64,000 bases of DNA from contig JALGPX010000002.1 in assembly GCA_023515795.1 (NCBI GenBank), positions 124,001 through 188,000 on the forward strand, given 5' to 3'. Below the pieces are notes generated by a model that was not told where the DNA came from, did no database searches, and saw only the letters and a list, made by a program, of their open reading frames with translations. Both the position numbers and the translations under genes were made by a program. This stretch comes from Amoeboaphelidium occidentale. Lineage: Eukaryota. Below, piece by piece: positions 38,427 to 50,833 of this stretch; the first letter of the stretch is position 1; the number at the start of each line of letters is the position of its first letter.

Positions 38427-39599
38427 CTATTTGGGACAAAAATGCGTAACTGTCCCAGCGCCCCAGTGAAACTCAAAACTCTCGGGGCGATGTTTTTGAA
38501 GAATAGCCTTTACCGCATCCATACGCATATTCTTGCGACCAACGTAGTGATGATAAACCATTTCCCAGTTTGCTGGTATCCATTTAACCCAGTTCAGCTT
38601 TTGATCTTTTAGCATTGGCGGAATATCACCCAAGAGAATCCTTGCGTGAAGTTGATACGCTTTCATCAAACGATTGCCTTTGAACGAATACAGATCAACA
38701 CCTTTGTGATATAGAAGTTCAGCTGCACCTGCAAGTCCTGCCAAGCCAAATTGAGCATGGACAATATCCCTTGATGTTTCATGAACTCTTCCATCATCGT
38801 ATTTTAGAAGATTCTCAAACAGAGCACGGAAATTGCGAATACACAATTCAATCTCCTTTTGATCATTGATGAACAGCGCGAATTGCAATCGAGCATACAT
38901 TATGGTTGTACCCCAATTTCCATCTTTAGGGAAACTTTTCAGATTACCATTATGATCATCAAAGTATTTCAAATTTGGCATTAACAGCTGTTTTACAAAG
39001 GTTACAAACTTAGTTTCAACTCCGCTGTTCTTCCAACAGTTGCAATTTTCTCGCATCAAGTTGGCAGCCATCATAAAACCAGACAAGCCCCACCCTGCTT
39101 CAAGAGGTCCATTCTCTTTAAGAATCCCAAATTTCTTACATTTCTCTGACCATGCATGTAGAATCTCTATACACTTTTTGGCATACTTTTCGTTTCCATT
39201 GATTTTATACGCCAAAGCATACTTGTAACACCTCTCAGCATCACCAGTAAAATTTTCATGGCCTCCTATAACACCTTTTTCTATGAGCATTTTCTCTTCT
39301 CGCTTTCTTCTCTCCCAGTACTCTTGTTCTTCCTGTGGCTTTCCGGCGAGATCATGCGGTGCAGGGTTGTAACCAACACGTATCTCTACTACAACCCTCG
39401 AAGGCTTATAGAAATCTTCTTCTGCAAACTTCAGTATTTGCTCAAAAGCTCTTTTCTGTATATCATGAGCATGCGGAGCTTGTAGAACTTCTTGAGACGT
39501 TGCGTGAACTGTCATTGCGCCACAAACAAACCTCGCAAGTATCAAAACGCAAAACACCCATAATGCGCAGCTATTCGTGATATTCGGCGTATACTTCAT
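38427..39599 (-). CDS. Secreted alginate-lyase-family ((alpha/alpha) toroid) polysaccharide lyase-like protein
   Basis: Signal peptide, DAERCYKYALAY...YAKKCIEILHAW, GNWG, ETSRDIVHAQFGL, AELLYHKGVDLY, WEMVYHHY. Intronless. Confidence 0.72.
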   Translation of the reverse strand: MKYTPNITNSCALWVFCVLILARFVCGAMTVHATSQEVLQAPHAHDIQKRAFEQILKFAEEDFYKPSRVVVEIRVGYNPAPHDLAGKPQEEQEYWERRKREEKMLIEKGVIGGHENFTGDAERCYKYALAYKINGNEKYAKKCIEILHAWSEKCKKFGILKENGPLEAGWGLSGFMMAANLMRENCNCWKNSGVETKFVTFVKQLLMPNLKYFDDHNGNLKSFPKDGNWGTTIMYARLQFALFINDQKEIELCIRNFRALFENLLKYDDGRVHETSRDIVHAQFGLAGLAGAAELLYHKGVDLYSFKGNRLMKAYQLHARILLGDIPPMLKDQKLNWVKWIPANWEMVYHHYVGRKNMRMDAVKAILQKHRPESFEFHWGAGTVTHFCPK

Positions 39600-39959
39600 T
39601 AAGACCCTTGATGCGAGGTCATGATGATACTGCGATCCCGTTTAAATACAACTTCAGCAATAGTGATCAAACCACTTTTGCTATTGAAACTTGTTCATGT
39701 CATGATGAAACAGTTTGTCTATCCTTATCCAACAGTGTTTAGCATTTGCTGTAAAATCAATGAGCGGTTTGGGCTTTTGTCACTTGTTTCATCACTTTAT
39801 CGACCGTGCCTCTAGCTTATCACATTACCCGCAGGCTTAGAGAGCCTAGAATCTCCTTTAGGGTTGCCCCAGTCTACTATGAACTCAGTCCTAAAGTGTC
39901 GCGCCATCTTCCGCAAGGTTTCTGCTTTGTAAAAAAACAATTGGCGCTGTTTTCGCAGA

Positions 39960-42410
39960 ATGAAATCATTTCTACTGAGTTTCCTGCTCTTTATTTTTAT
40001 TGGATTATCTTTGGCAGATGAGGAATACTATGAAACTTCTGTAGACGATCTGTACCAGTCGGAGGGCTCAGCTGAAGAATCACAATTGTCGAGCGAGGAA
40101 GTAACTGACGCAAAGGATCCAGCTAATGATATTGCGCCAAAGCAAAAGTTTTGGCTAAGTGAGTATTTCACCGGCTATTACTCAAATTACACATTTCCGT
40201 CTTCTTTGGAGCTTTCCCGGGATGAAATATTGCACAAGGCCAAATTGCACTTTTACAACTTTGAGATCAACGAAGCTTTCCAATTGTTTGAATCTCTAAT
40301 AACTCCCGAACAGTCCTGGCTCAAGCCTAGAACAGAAACTTATACAGAAAATGAGCGTTTGATAATGTCAGAGTCTTACTTCTACCTGGGCATAATACAC
40401 TCATCCGGAATTCTAAACGGAACTATATCAATGGAAAAAAGCAATCTGTACTTGCAAATGTCACTGCCGCATCCCTTAGCTGAAGTAGTTTTAGGTTACC
40501 GTAATCACATGGGCATATCTTTTGAACAGAAATGCGAAGCGTCAGTTCAGTTTTATAAAATGGCTTCAGATAGAGTTGTGAAACATTTGCTTGATGATTC
40601 AAAATACTTGCTATTCAATGGCGAGCCACCTCCGAAAAAGATTAATGTTGTTTCAGAAGAGGGTGGTATTTACGGAAGAGGTTTCAGTTCAAACTCGATC
40701 ACTAATTGTTATAGGAGCATCAGGGACTGGAGCACAAGAACCAGATAGTGGAATTTTAGGAAGTGTAAGCAAGGAAGATGTAGTTCAATTCTATCAGCAC
40801 AATGCAGACAGGGGCGATTTGCAAGCACAAGCAGTTCTGGGTCAAGTGTATTATTTTGGAACACACAACATTCAACAGAATTATGACAAAGCCTTGTATT
40901 ACTTTCGCAAATGCACTGCATCTTTGTCTGCTTCGAAACCGCAATCTAGAGGCTCAGAATTCAAAGTGACATCAGGATCCAATGGAAAGAAGAAGGATGA
41001 TCAGGAAAATTCATCTTCATATCAATGTGCTGTGTTTCTTGGTTTAATGTATATCAGAGGTGATGGAGTAAAGGCTAGTAATCAGACTGCTTTCCAGTAC
41101 TTCAAGAGAGCAGCTGAAGGTGGTTCTGGAGCTGCGCTATACTATCTAGGCGTTATGCATTTAAAAGGAATTGTTGTTAAAAAGAATTATGATTCTGCTA
41201 CAAAACTACTCATAAGGTCTGCCGAAAAAGGATTTGCCGATGCTTACACACAACTCGGAATGATGATGTATGAAAAGGGCGAGTTTGATGCTGCGTTCAA
41301 ATATTTTCAAACGGCATCGAAAACAACAAATCTCATTGCACTTGGAATGTTGGGAAAATTCTATGAACGCGGTTTAGGAGGTGGTGCAGCTAAAAAGTCA
41401 TGTTTTGTTGCTTTGACTTACTACAAGAACGTCGCAGAGCGTGGTGACTACTTACGGCCATTTTTATCTGAAGCCTTCGACTTGTATCAGAAAGAAAGCG
41501 GAACGTTGAATTTAGACTTGTCTTCTGCACTGGAAAATGAAGAATCGATGGCGGCCAGCCTTCTAGCACCCATTGGTCTTTTCTCTAATGATGGAGTAAA
41601 AAGTCAAAGTGTGTGGATGAAACGAGCGTTTGCGAAGTTCCTGATTGCTGCCGAAATGGGTTATGAACAAGCACAAGCAAACATAGCCTGGATAGTGGAG
41701 AAGAAAGGGTTTAAAGTTTACAATGAAGAATACAGCCAATATTTTACTTCACTGTGGTGGAACAGGGCTGCACTCCAAGGTATTTTTTCTAGATTCAAAA
41801 CTCAAGTTTAGGCAACGTTGATGCACGAGTTAAGATGGGAGACTACTACTATTACGGATGTGGTGTTGATACGGACTTCAAGTTGGCTGCGCAATACTAT
41901 CAGAGTGCTGAAAGCGAACAGTCATCCATTGCCATGTTCAACCTCGGATACATGCACGAATATGGTCTCGGCGTTGAGCAAGACTTCCACATGGCCAAGC
42001 GATACTACACCAAAGCGTTACAAACTAACCCAGAATGTGTTTTACCAGTGAATCTTGCAATGGGAAAGTTGAAACTACGCTACTTTTTGCATTGGTTACA
42101 ACATGGTGGAAATTTCTGGCTTGATAGCCCTGCAATAGCAAATCCAACCAAAAAGAGCAAGAATAGCATTGACGATGACGATGATGATCTAGAAGAAGAC
42201 GATAATCTCGTGGATTTACTAAAAGAAGATGCTGTTCTTCATGAAGATTCTGATAATATTGATGAATTTGCAGAAGGGTTGGAGTCATGGGATGATTTTG
42301 ATTCCGACAGCGAAGTTGTATTTTTGGTCTTACTAATCGTGGTAGCTGGATTCTTAGTATGGGCTCGGCAACCTGTGAACCAGCAACAGGGTCAAAGAAG
42401 AAATAACTAA
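39960..42410 (+). CDS. HRD3: ERAD adaptor Hrd3/SEL1L (Sel1 repeats), 3 exons
   Basis: Signal peptide, LGYRNHMGI, Sel1 repeats, AAEMGYEQAQAN, MGDYYYYG, AMFNLGYMHEYGLG, C-terminal TM. Introns near 40681-40714 and 41780-41811. Confidence 0.92.
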
Positions 42411-42452
42411 CCGCATTAAAACTCGTTTATTGATGAACAGTGGAATTCACAT

Positions 42453-43617
42453 TTAATGTTTCATTGCATCTTTCGTGTTCAAAGCACCGCGCTCATGGCC
42501 TTGAAGAACACAACATGTGCCATCTTCATTTTCCCATTCAACACAGTCCGGATCATCCGCAAGAGCCTCTGTTACAGTGCTGCACTGACCCTCCAGAGGA
42601 GGACTTGACGAGAGAGGCACCGCGGTATCTTGCGTTTCAGGTTGCGCGTTATCATAAGTAGAATCTGACAATCTGTAATTATTCAGGAATTTCGGAGCAG
42701 TTGAATTCGTCATTGTCTCAGGACGCTTTACAGAGTTCGGAAACAATGGAGCGTTGGTCGTGTTTTCGGGAGTANNNNNNNNNNNNNNNNNNNNAATTAT
42801 TCAGGAATTTCGGATCAGTTGAATTCGTCATTGTCTCAGGACGCTTTACAGAGTTCGGAAACAATGGAGCGTTGGTCGTGTTTTCGGGAGTAGCAGACTG
42901 ATTCTGTGCTGGTTGAGGTGCTGCAGCAGGCGTCGGGTTGAAAATTGGAACAAAGTATGGAGCATCACTTTGTGCAGCAGGAGCCCCAGGTGAATTATCA
43001 GTTGGTGCCGGAATCGTTGAAGTACCTGCTTCATCCTCCCATTCAAGGCATTCGTCAGTTTCAGGATTAAATTCCCCCGAGCTGCTGTCACTCAGTTGCG
43101 TGGTTAAGACTGGACTAGGCTGACCATATACACTTGCAGGGGCAGGCGCAGACGCAGCATGTGGTGATGTAAGAGGAGACGTGGGTGGTTTAGCATTGCC
43201 AGAGATCTCCTGAGAGTTTGGACCATATATCGGGAGTGGAAACACTGTAATGTTACCCTGTTGTGGATCACCATCAGGAACACATAAGCTGTACCAGTCG
43301 CTTTGCTTCACGCACTTACTTCCTGGATTACATTGCTTCCATTGACCAGCGCAATCATTACAATCGGTCGGACAGTTTGTCTTTCCACCGCACTGTTCCC
43401 AAAACTTTGCATTAGAACCAGAACCATAATCAGGTAGACATTGCCAGAAATATTCATTCAGCTTTTCGCACTTCAAACCTGAACCGCATCCGATTGAATC
43501 AGGAGCGTCTGCTTTCGCGGCAGAGTTGATTCCACCGCACTGAGCATACAGTTGATGTTTCGCGAAAGTAGTAGAAGATAGAGTTGTTATACTTAATATA
43601 ATTAATACAATATACAT
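42453..43617 (-). CDS. Secreted protein with two CBM1 cellulose-binding modules and a P/S/T-rich tail (spans assembly gap)
   Basis: Signal peptide, YAQCGG...C...C...NEYFWQCL and WEQCGG...C...C..QSDWYSLC. No catalytic domain recognised. Confidence 0.85.
42677..42892. repeat. Gap-flanking near-identical duplicate (probable assembly overlap)
   Basis: 42677-42774 repeats at 42795-42892 across an N run, with a SNP. Confidence 0.85.
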
Positions 43618-43692
43618 TTATAAAAAAGAATATTTTTGTTCACGATGCAAAGTCTGGGTACCACAGCTGAAACCTGGTAGGATTCAGGTGAA

Positions 43693-46622
43693 TCATGCTG
43701 GTTGTGACGCAAGGAACCGAATGAACTCGGTCAAAGTACTTTTCATGGACACAGTCTTTCTTCTGCGAGTCTCTAGATTCCGTTCAATATCACTTATGCA
43801 ATCTTCTGGCAGTATATCGTCATTAAGTTGCGGCATATGTGAATCTTTCATCATGTCTTCGATCCTTTGAAACCAGCCTTAATTTGAGTGAAACAAATAA
43901 TGGAAGTACTTACCATTAAGTAGTTCGAAAACGGTAGTTGAAAGGTCCTTAGGAAATGAAACACTTAGCCACTCAATCGGTTTGAACATAAGTGACATAG
44001 TAGACGAGATATCAGCAAGATTTCCTTTCGCGAAAGCGCCATCTACAATGTCTTTGACTTTTGGAAAGACTTGAGACGTAGCCATTATCAGTCCTGCTTC
44101 TTTTTCTTTAGTAGCACTTTTTATCAGATAGCTAAAGAAATGTATAGCAAAAGGCTTTCTTCCATGAATCTTGAAGTATTCATCACCAAAATCTAAGGCT
44201 GTGCAAAAAGAGGGAACTAAATCAATCACCGTCGGCACTATATCCAAAGGAAATCCTTGATAAGTTACTATTTTTGGAAGGATTCGAAACAACTGAAACC
44301 TGTTTTCCACGAAAGAACAAATCATTTTTCTAACTTCAACCAAGTCAGACTCTGGAATGCCGACATCTTGTCTTGTTCCAGACATCACAGAAAAAAGCAT
44401 TTGAACACACAAAGATTCAAGAATTAGGAGCGAAACTTCATAATTAAGCATGTGCTTTTTGTTTTCAAGGTCTTCAACTTTACTCTTCTGCAGAAGATTA
44501 ATCCTCTGTTGATCCAATAAGAAGGAAAGAGTCTTTAGGAAGATACGAGTGCCTTCTATGTTCCTGAATATAGTGGGACTAGAACAGTAAAAAAGAAGCA
44601 CTGGATTATTGATCAGCAAATTCAATTCTTCATCCACATTGTATCTTCTATCGTTCTGGAAGCAGAACATTCTTGTCTGATGTATCTGTGATATTAGACT
44701 ATCATTAGCAGTTGACGCAAAGATTTCATTATGCTCGTCGAAAAAGCCAACAAATCCGGGTATCAATGAATTAGTGTAGGTTTCAAATGCAGAAAGAACA
44801 TAAATCATGCTCTCAGATTTTTGAAAAGAGCTGAGGTAATCGCGAACATTACACAATGGCATCTCCAGTATACATTTTAAAGGATATGCTTGGGCAAAGT
44901 AGGACGGATTCTTGAACAAATTGTTATACGCTCTGTAAGTAATCGATAAAATAAAAATGCAATAATTTGTAGTCCTGTTAAGATCAACTTCTGCTGAGCG
45001 TAAAACATCGTTCCCAAGACGCCTTATGTCTTCGTTCAAAACGAGATACAAGTCAATTATTCTTTCCAACAGAAGCATCTGAGGATCATGTAACACAGTG
45101 TTAGATTTCAGCAAATTATCAAATATGATTTCTTGGCCGTTAATCTTCAGCTCTTCGTCTGTTAAATGCTGCAACAGACACACGCAGTTTTCATTCGAGC
45201 GAATGCTGCTTATTTGCTCTTTCAATTTGTCCATAAGACAAGGTCTGTACTTCGGATTAGCAAGAAAATATCTCAGAAATCCCATCACAACAGTGTTAAC
45301 ATTTGCCTCATAACCAAGTAAAGAAAATATTATTGCGTTAGGATCAGCAGAGAACGCTACTTCGAATGCAAGTCTTACAGGATCTTGACCATCCTTATCG
45401 CATAATAGAGTCTGTAGGAACGCTTGCACGAATTCTCCATTGAGTAAAGGCAATGTTAGTATCAGTGCTAATGTATAATCAACTTGCTTACCACCAGGCA
45501 TTCTGCTGAAAACTTCAAACAACACTTGATACTCCTTATCCCCAAACAATTCCCAGTTTCGCGATAACATGGAAAACGTAGAAAATGTCATCAACCAATT
45601 CATGGAAATGTCGCCGTCAGTGAAGTCATACCTGTTGAAAGCTCTGTCGCAGAGTCTAGTCACGCAACTCTTTGCAACATCACGAACATCCAAATCACTA
45701 GCTAGCTTGTTGCTGACAGTGTAATACCATAACTTCTGACTGTAGCTTGGAACAAAGATTATCACATCGTTAAGCGTGCAAGTAAGCTGCAACACCAATT
45801 CAGGAAATAAGTCGAACTCCACCAGCCATCTTCTCAACTCTGCATAATCTTCTACACTCTGTGTCAACTGGGTATACTCGATGAAGAATGTCTTGACAGA
45901 ATGTTTATCCTGCTGATATTTTAAAGACGAGGCATGCTCACAAATGCCTCGAAAGATGTCCGACGTGAGATCGGGGAAATTTAAAAGCAAGGCTTTTAAG
46001 AACAGTTTACCTGGTCTCATCTTGACGAGAGCCTTTACGATCTCTGGGGTATCGTATTTACAGGCTAGTTTTGTGCTGTATAAGACACAAAAAAGAAGAC
46101 ACATTACCTCGTCGTACCTTTGTTCATCAAGAAATGATGCGTTAGGTAATTTACCGATGAGTTCTGGGTCAATCTTCCCTTCAATTACGAAAGCCAAAAG
46201 CCTACACGTTAGCAGCGCGGTAATACTTTTGAGTACCCTAGCAACTCTCCCAGCTTTGCTGTAGAGCCAAATTTTTGACCTGAAACATCAGGCTCAAGCC
46301 CTTTTGAAGCGGCAAGCCGCATGTCCCTGAATATCAGGTCCATTCTATCTAGCTCCATTCTGCGATCGCTCGCAAAGAAGAGCTTAAAGTTAGCATTACA
46401 TGGAAATTAAATTACCTGACTGAACTTCCAGCCGATACTCGCGGCGAGTTCTTTGCTTAAGTATCCCTGCATTAATAAATGCGGAAAGAACTCACGCCAG
46501 GTCTAACAAAATAAATCATAAGTTATAAGTATTAAAAAAACCTCTGGTGCTGATGTTATCATTTCATGTGTTATAAATGAGTTCTTTTTGACCAACTCAT
46601 AAGCCTGGTTTAATTTTGTCAT
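43693..46622 (-). CDS. INTS2: Integrator complex subunit 2-like, multi-exon
   Basis: EVRKMICSFVENRF...LPKIVTYQGFPLDIVPTVIDLVPSF matches the conserved INTS2 C-terminal motif (ICSFLHQ.FI..P.L.KLVHFQGYP..L.P..V..IPS). Terminal exon after an intron near 43878-43913; small 5' exons at 46200-46622. Confidence 0.7.
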
Positions 46623-47157
46623 TTTCCGAAATACTTGTTTGTGGCTGAGTTTTTTTGTCAAGTGGCGTCGAACCGAAACTTTTGCTGGAAATAGGTTCAA
46701 TATGGTGCATTTTATTATGAGCTTCATGCGTGTATGCGGCATGATTATTTTGACGGAAGACGATAAATGAAGGACATTATTTATTAAATATCAGGGGGAC
46801 GGTACAGATGAGGGGACGCTTCTTGCCAGTGAACCTTGAGACATGAATGGATGTTTCAAGTGAAGCTGTAACAAGGCGATACGCTCTTAAGTTTATGCGT
46901 CTAATGCGGAAAGCAAGAGATGGAAGACCGTATCAAAGGAATAATGGAAATGTGCTGTGATAATACTGCGAAGCTGAAGGAGAGTGGATGGACAAGCGGA
47001 AATTCTGTTGAAATGTATTAAAAGACAACTTCTTTATTTCCAATTATTTGCTTAATGGTTGTGTTGTAATCTCCTTCTGAAGACAGAGCTACTAAAAAAG
47101 CGTGGAAATTATCAGCGCCAAGGTTATAGATGTAAGACCAATTGATCTTAGACAAGC

Positions 47158-47649
47158 TCAGTATGCGAATGTCAAACGTGTCAACGATAGCTCCAACTTT
47201 TCAAAGCGTCGACTTCTAAACAAAGCATCTAAACGCTCTATCTTGGTCTTGATGTATCCTTTTTCCTTTTTCAAATCTTCAGTCTCACCTGTCATATTAA
47301 TTTGCTGTTGTATGGTGCGAGCAATTTCATGCAAATTTTTCCTTAGCAGATAAGCAATGTATAAATGCTGCACACTGATAAAAGATGCTATACCGGATAC
47401 TGGAGTATTGACATGTAATTGGATCAAGTGTGCTATGTGGTCATTGATATCATCGTAAAGAAACATTTCTTTGATTTGATTAATTGAAGCAATCGTAGGT
47501 AGAACTATAAATGTGGATTCTCTACACCATGCAATTAACGTGGAAACTTTCCTGCTGGTACTTGCTAAGGCAAATATTCTATCGCTCATGCGGGAAGTTG
47601 AAGAAGTTAATCGATTTGACTCCAATAGAGTGGATAGAAACTGATGCAT
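47158..47649 (-). CDS. Hypothetical protein or gene fragment next to the gag remnant
   Basis: 163-aa ORF. A plausible 37-nt intron extends it upstream in frame, but that frame then hits TGA codons. Confidence 0.3.
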   Translation of the reverse strand: MHQFLSTLLESNRLTSSTSRMSDRIFALASTSRKVSTLIAWCRESTFIVLPTIASINQIKEMFLYDDINDHIAHLIQLHVNTPVSGIASFISVQHLYIAYLLRKNLHEIARTIQQQINMTGETEDLKKEKGYIKTKIERLDALFRSRRFEKLELSLTRLTFAY

Positions 47650-47956
47650 TATCGCGTTATTTGCTACTAAGAATTAAGCAGTTGAAAGTATGATAACTAT
47701 TACCAGAAGCAGCAAGAGCACTGTTGTTGGCGGAATCAGAATCGTTTTCACTTTCATCAGGTGCATGTTGAAGTTTGATGGTTCACGGGCGACAAGCGTC
47801 ATTGCCCTCTCAAGATTGGATACTTGATCTGAATGATGAAACTGAAATAAATTTAAAAAGGACCATGAAATTCTATTTAATAAATAACTATCATAGTTCT
47901 AACAATCTCCCCGTGCTCTACTTTTACTTTGAATACGTTATCAGCACCAGCTCTCC

Positions 47957-48637
47957 ATGGAAACTCAAAAGTTCAGATCAATCATGAAGTTTGATGGATC
48001 AAACATCCATCGTTTCAAAAGAATGATCAAAGATCTGCTTACTGAAGAAACGCTTTTGCACATAGTAACCATCACCAAAATCCCAAACGAGCCTGTCTTT
48101 GAAAATCCCGCTGACCCAAGCCTGCAAGAGCTAGAAGATAAAGATGCATTTGATAAGTCCACTTAAGATATTGCCAAAGTTCGTCTTTTGATCAACATCA
48201 ACCTGGATAAAGAAAGATGCACCTTGGTTGAAGATGTTGAGCTCCCAAACCATATCATGAAGAATCTGAAGGAAGCTTACAATTCAAGCAAGACTGTCAA
48301 TGTTCTGAGATTAAACCAGCTCTTCCACGACTTCAGGATTGGTGAAAATGAGAATAAGATTACCGCTGTCAATAGGTTGAAGGATCTCCACAAAAGGTTA
48401 AAAGATGTTGGACAAGTTAAGAATGATATTGATTTGATTAATCTTCTTTTGAATGGTTTAGGTCCACAGTACGTAATCTACAGGACCATGTGGGAGAATG
48501 ATCCAACAATAACGTTTCAAAAGTTAACCTTCTCTCTTTTAAATGCAGAGATTGCTCTTCAAAATATTGAGGGAGCATCAAAAGTTGGTCAAAGTCTTGT
48601 CGCAAAGAAAGTGTCACAACACAACAAATTCCTCTGA
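47957..48637 (+). mobile_element. Ty1/copia gag (UBN2/Retrotran_gag_2) remnant, pseudogenised
   Basis: KFDGSNIHRFKRMIKDLL...NLKEAY...LNQLFHDFRI...LINLLLNGLGPQY. The two ORFs are in one frame, separated by TAA at 48164-48166. Ends before the zinc knuckle; no pol. Confidence 0.75.
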
Positions 48638-49325
48638 TCTAAAGAATTTGACCAGTACAACATATAGTCCCGCGTTAGATCCGGGCTCAGATCTCAGGAA
48701 AATGTGTGCTAAAAATTGAAAAAGAATTTCGCTGCATTCTTTATGGTTTCAGCGGCTCAAAAAAACCGAAGGATACATTGTTGAGTTTCGCATATTAACG
48801 TGAGAGCCTCTTTCTATGCGAGTCTTTGCAGTGACAACATGTATTTCTGTATCTAAATCTATTCAAAATGAGAATACCTACACAATATTAAACATTTATC
48901 TTTATTAGCGTGACATCGTAAACGTAACATGATTGCTTTATTTAAAGTTTATCTCAATTAAGCACTTCTTTAAGGGTTAATCCTAACAACTTCATTTGAA
49001 CTACTCGCCAATACCACTTTCCCTATTGGTATTCCACCATAGTTTCACCTTTTGAAACAATCCAGGCATTCTTCTCGTGTTCAAATAGTCTCCACTCTAT
49101 AATTTCGAACGTTTCAAACTCGAAGGTCTCTACGAAAGTGCCCATTTGGTTCTCAATAAACCTTAGATGAAACTACTTTATGTTACGTCTCGATACGCAT
49201 ATATTTAATTGTGATTTTTCGCGGAGTTTGTGGTGACGTTTGATCGCCAATCTGTTTCTGAAATTGGTAAGACGATGACATCATCGTGATCAGAACTCAA
49301 ATATAAATTGCACCTTTTTTAGTGC

Positions 49326-50828
49326 TTGACGTTATTAATGCTTACTACTGCTACTTCACTTCAATTCGCTACTTCATTTGAAGATCTCACTTTAAAGTCT
49401 GCTCCAAAGGCAAAGCCTCAGACTAAAACAACTGTTCCTCGCGATGAGACAGCTCAATTGGATCTGATCGCAACAGCTTTCGTAAAACGATATGGCAGCC
49501 CAACAAGAATTATAGTTCTGCTGGTCTTTATTCTTCTCAACTTGGCTCGTGTCATAAAGCGAAGAGTATTTTATGGTCCTAAAAGAGAGAATTGGTCATG
49601 GGCTCACGAGATCATTGTTGAAACGATGCAGTACAATTACAAATATCATTTGGAACGCGCTGTTAACGAGCCTATTCCTTATGATGTGATCATTGACGGC
49701 TTCTTGGAGTTTGATGATGAGTACAGGGAAATTCAGAGGAACAAGTTGCTGGTCAGATTGAACATCACCGAAGAAGGACTGCGATCATACTGCTGCGCTG
49801 AGTTCTTCCAGTCTTTGATAGGAAATCTGCCTCCTGTTCCTTACTCTCATTTCGCTAATGCCTCAAGAGAGACACTGAAGAAGGAATCGATTCTGAAAAT
49901 TGCTCGTCAGTATTTGTTGAATGAGAACAATGTTCATGATGTCACCGTCGATTTGGTTTCAAGCTTCAATACAAAGCCAGAGGGAGTGGAAAAGGCTGTT
50001 ATATTCTCACACGGTGGTGGTTACAATCTCCGCATCGAAATATCTTGGCAAATGATGGTGATGAAAATGGCTAATGATATCCCTAATTCTCTAATTGTTA
50101 TTCCTCATTACCGCTTGGCTCCAAAGCATCCATTCCCTGGTGCTATTGATGATCTAATGGCTACTTATGTGTGGTTGATGACTCCAAAGGCTGAAGGTGG
50201 AATGGGTTTTAGAAGTGATCAAATTGTCGTTGTCGGAGAATCAGCTGGTGGAGGTGCATTGGTATCACTTTGTCTCAGATTACGTGAATGCATGTTGCCT
50301 AAGCCTTCTTGTGCTGTCTTGATGAGTCCTTGGATTGATTTGACATGCTCTGACAAAGAGTTCACTGATCACTCAGGAATAACATCAAAGTCCAACTCGT
50401 GGCAAGACAATTATGAAAGCGACATTCTCCACCCTCCAGTTTACCCATTCGATCTTTCTACAAACTTTGTTCATGGAGTTCACTCTTCCCGAAGAATCAT
50501 TGATGCAAGAAATCCAATCGTTTCGCCATTCTTTGCAAGCAAGGAGTTACTTCGCGAGTCTTTGCCTCCAGTTCTTATCCAACTTGGACAAAAGGAATGC
50601 CTGGTGAATGAGGGTGTTTGGTTGGCAAATCAATTAGACGATTCTCACTATGAGCTGGTTTCAAAACACACAATTGGTCATGAAGAAAAGTTCTCTCAAA
50701 ATAATACGTGCTATTGTGAAGTTTATGAAGATATGACGCACGTCTTTCAAATTTTCTTCTCATTCAAGTATGCACCTTCTACAAAAGCTATTGAGCGTTT
50801 CTGCTACTTCATCAACAAAAACGCCTAA
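49326..50828 (+). CDS. Hormone-sensitive-lipase-family alpha/beta hydrolase
   Basis: FSHGGGY, YRLAPKHPFPGAIDD, GESAGG, MSPWIDL, LPPVLIQLGQKE, MTHVFQ. Exact start uncertain. Confidence 0.9.
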   Translation: MTLLMLTTATSLQFATSFEDLTLKSAPKAKPQTKTTVPRDETAQLDLIATAFVKRYGSPTRIIVLLVFILLNLARVIKRRVFYGPKRENWSWAHEIIVETMQYNYKYHLERAVNEPIPYDVIIDGFLEFDDEYREIQRNKLLVRLNITEEGLRSYCCAEFFQSLIGNLPPVPYSHFANASRETLKKESILKIARQYLLNENNVHDVTVDLVSSFNTKPEGVEKAVIFSHGGGYNLRIEISWQMMVMKMANDIPNSLIVIPHYRLAPKHPFPGAIDDLMATYVWLMTPKAEGGMGFRSDQIVVVGESAGGGALVSLCLRLRECMLPKPSCAVLMSPWIDLTCSDKEFTDHSGITSKSNSWQDNYESDILHPPVYPFDLSTNFVHGVHSSRRIIDARNPIVSPFFASKELLRESLPPVLIQLGQKECLVNEGVWLANQLDDSHYELVSKHTIGHEEKFSQNNTCYCEVYEDMTHVFQIFFSFKYAPSTKAIERFCYFINKNA

Positions 50829-50833
50829 GTCAC

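Noticed and set aside
46750..49000. LTR pair around the copia gag
   Set aside because: TGTTG starts and purine-rich tracts are present (e.g. near 46793 and 47007), but I found no matching direct repeat or clear PBS.
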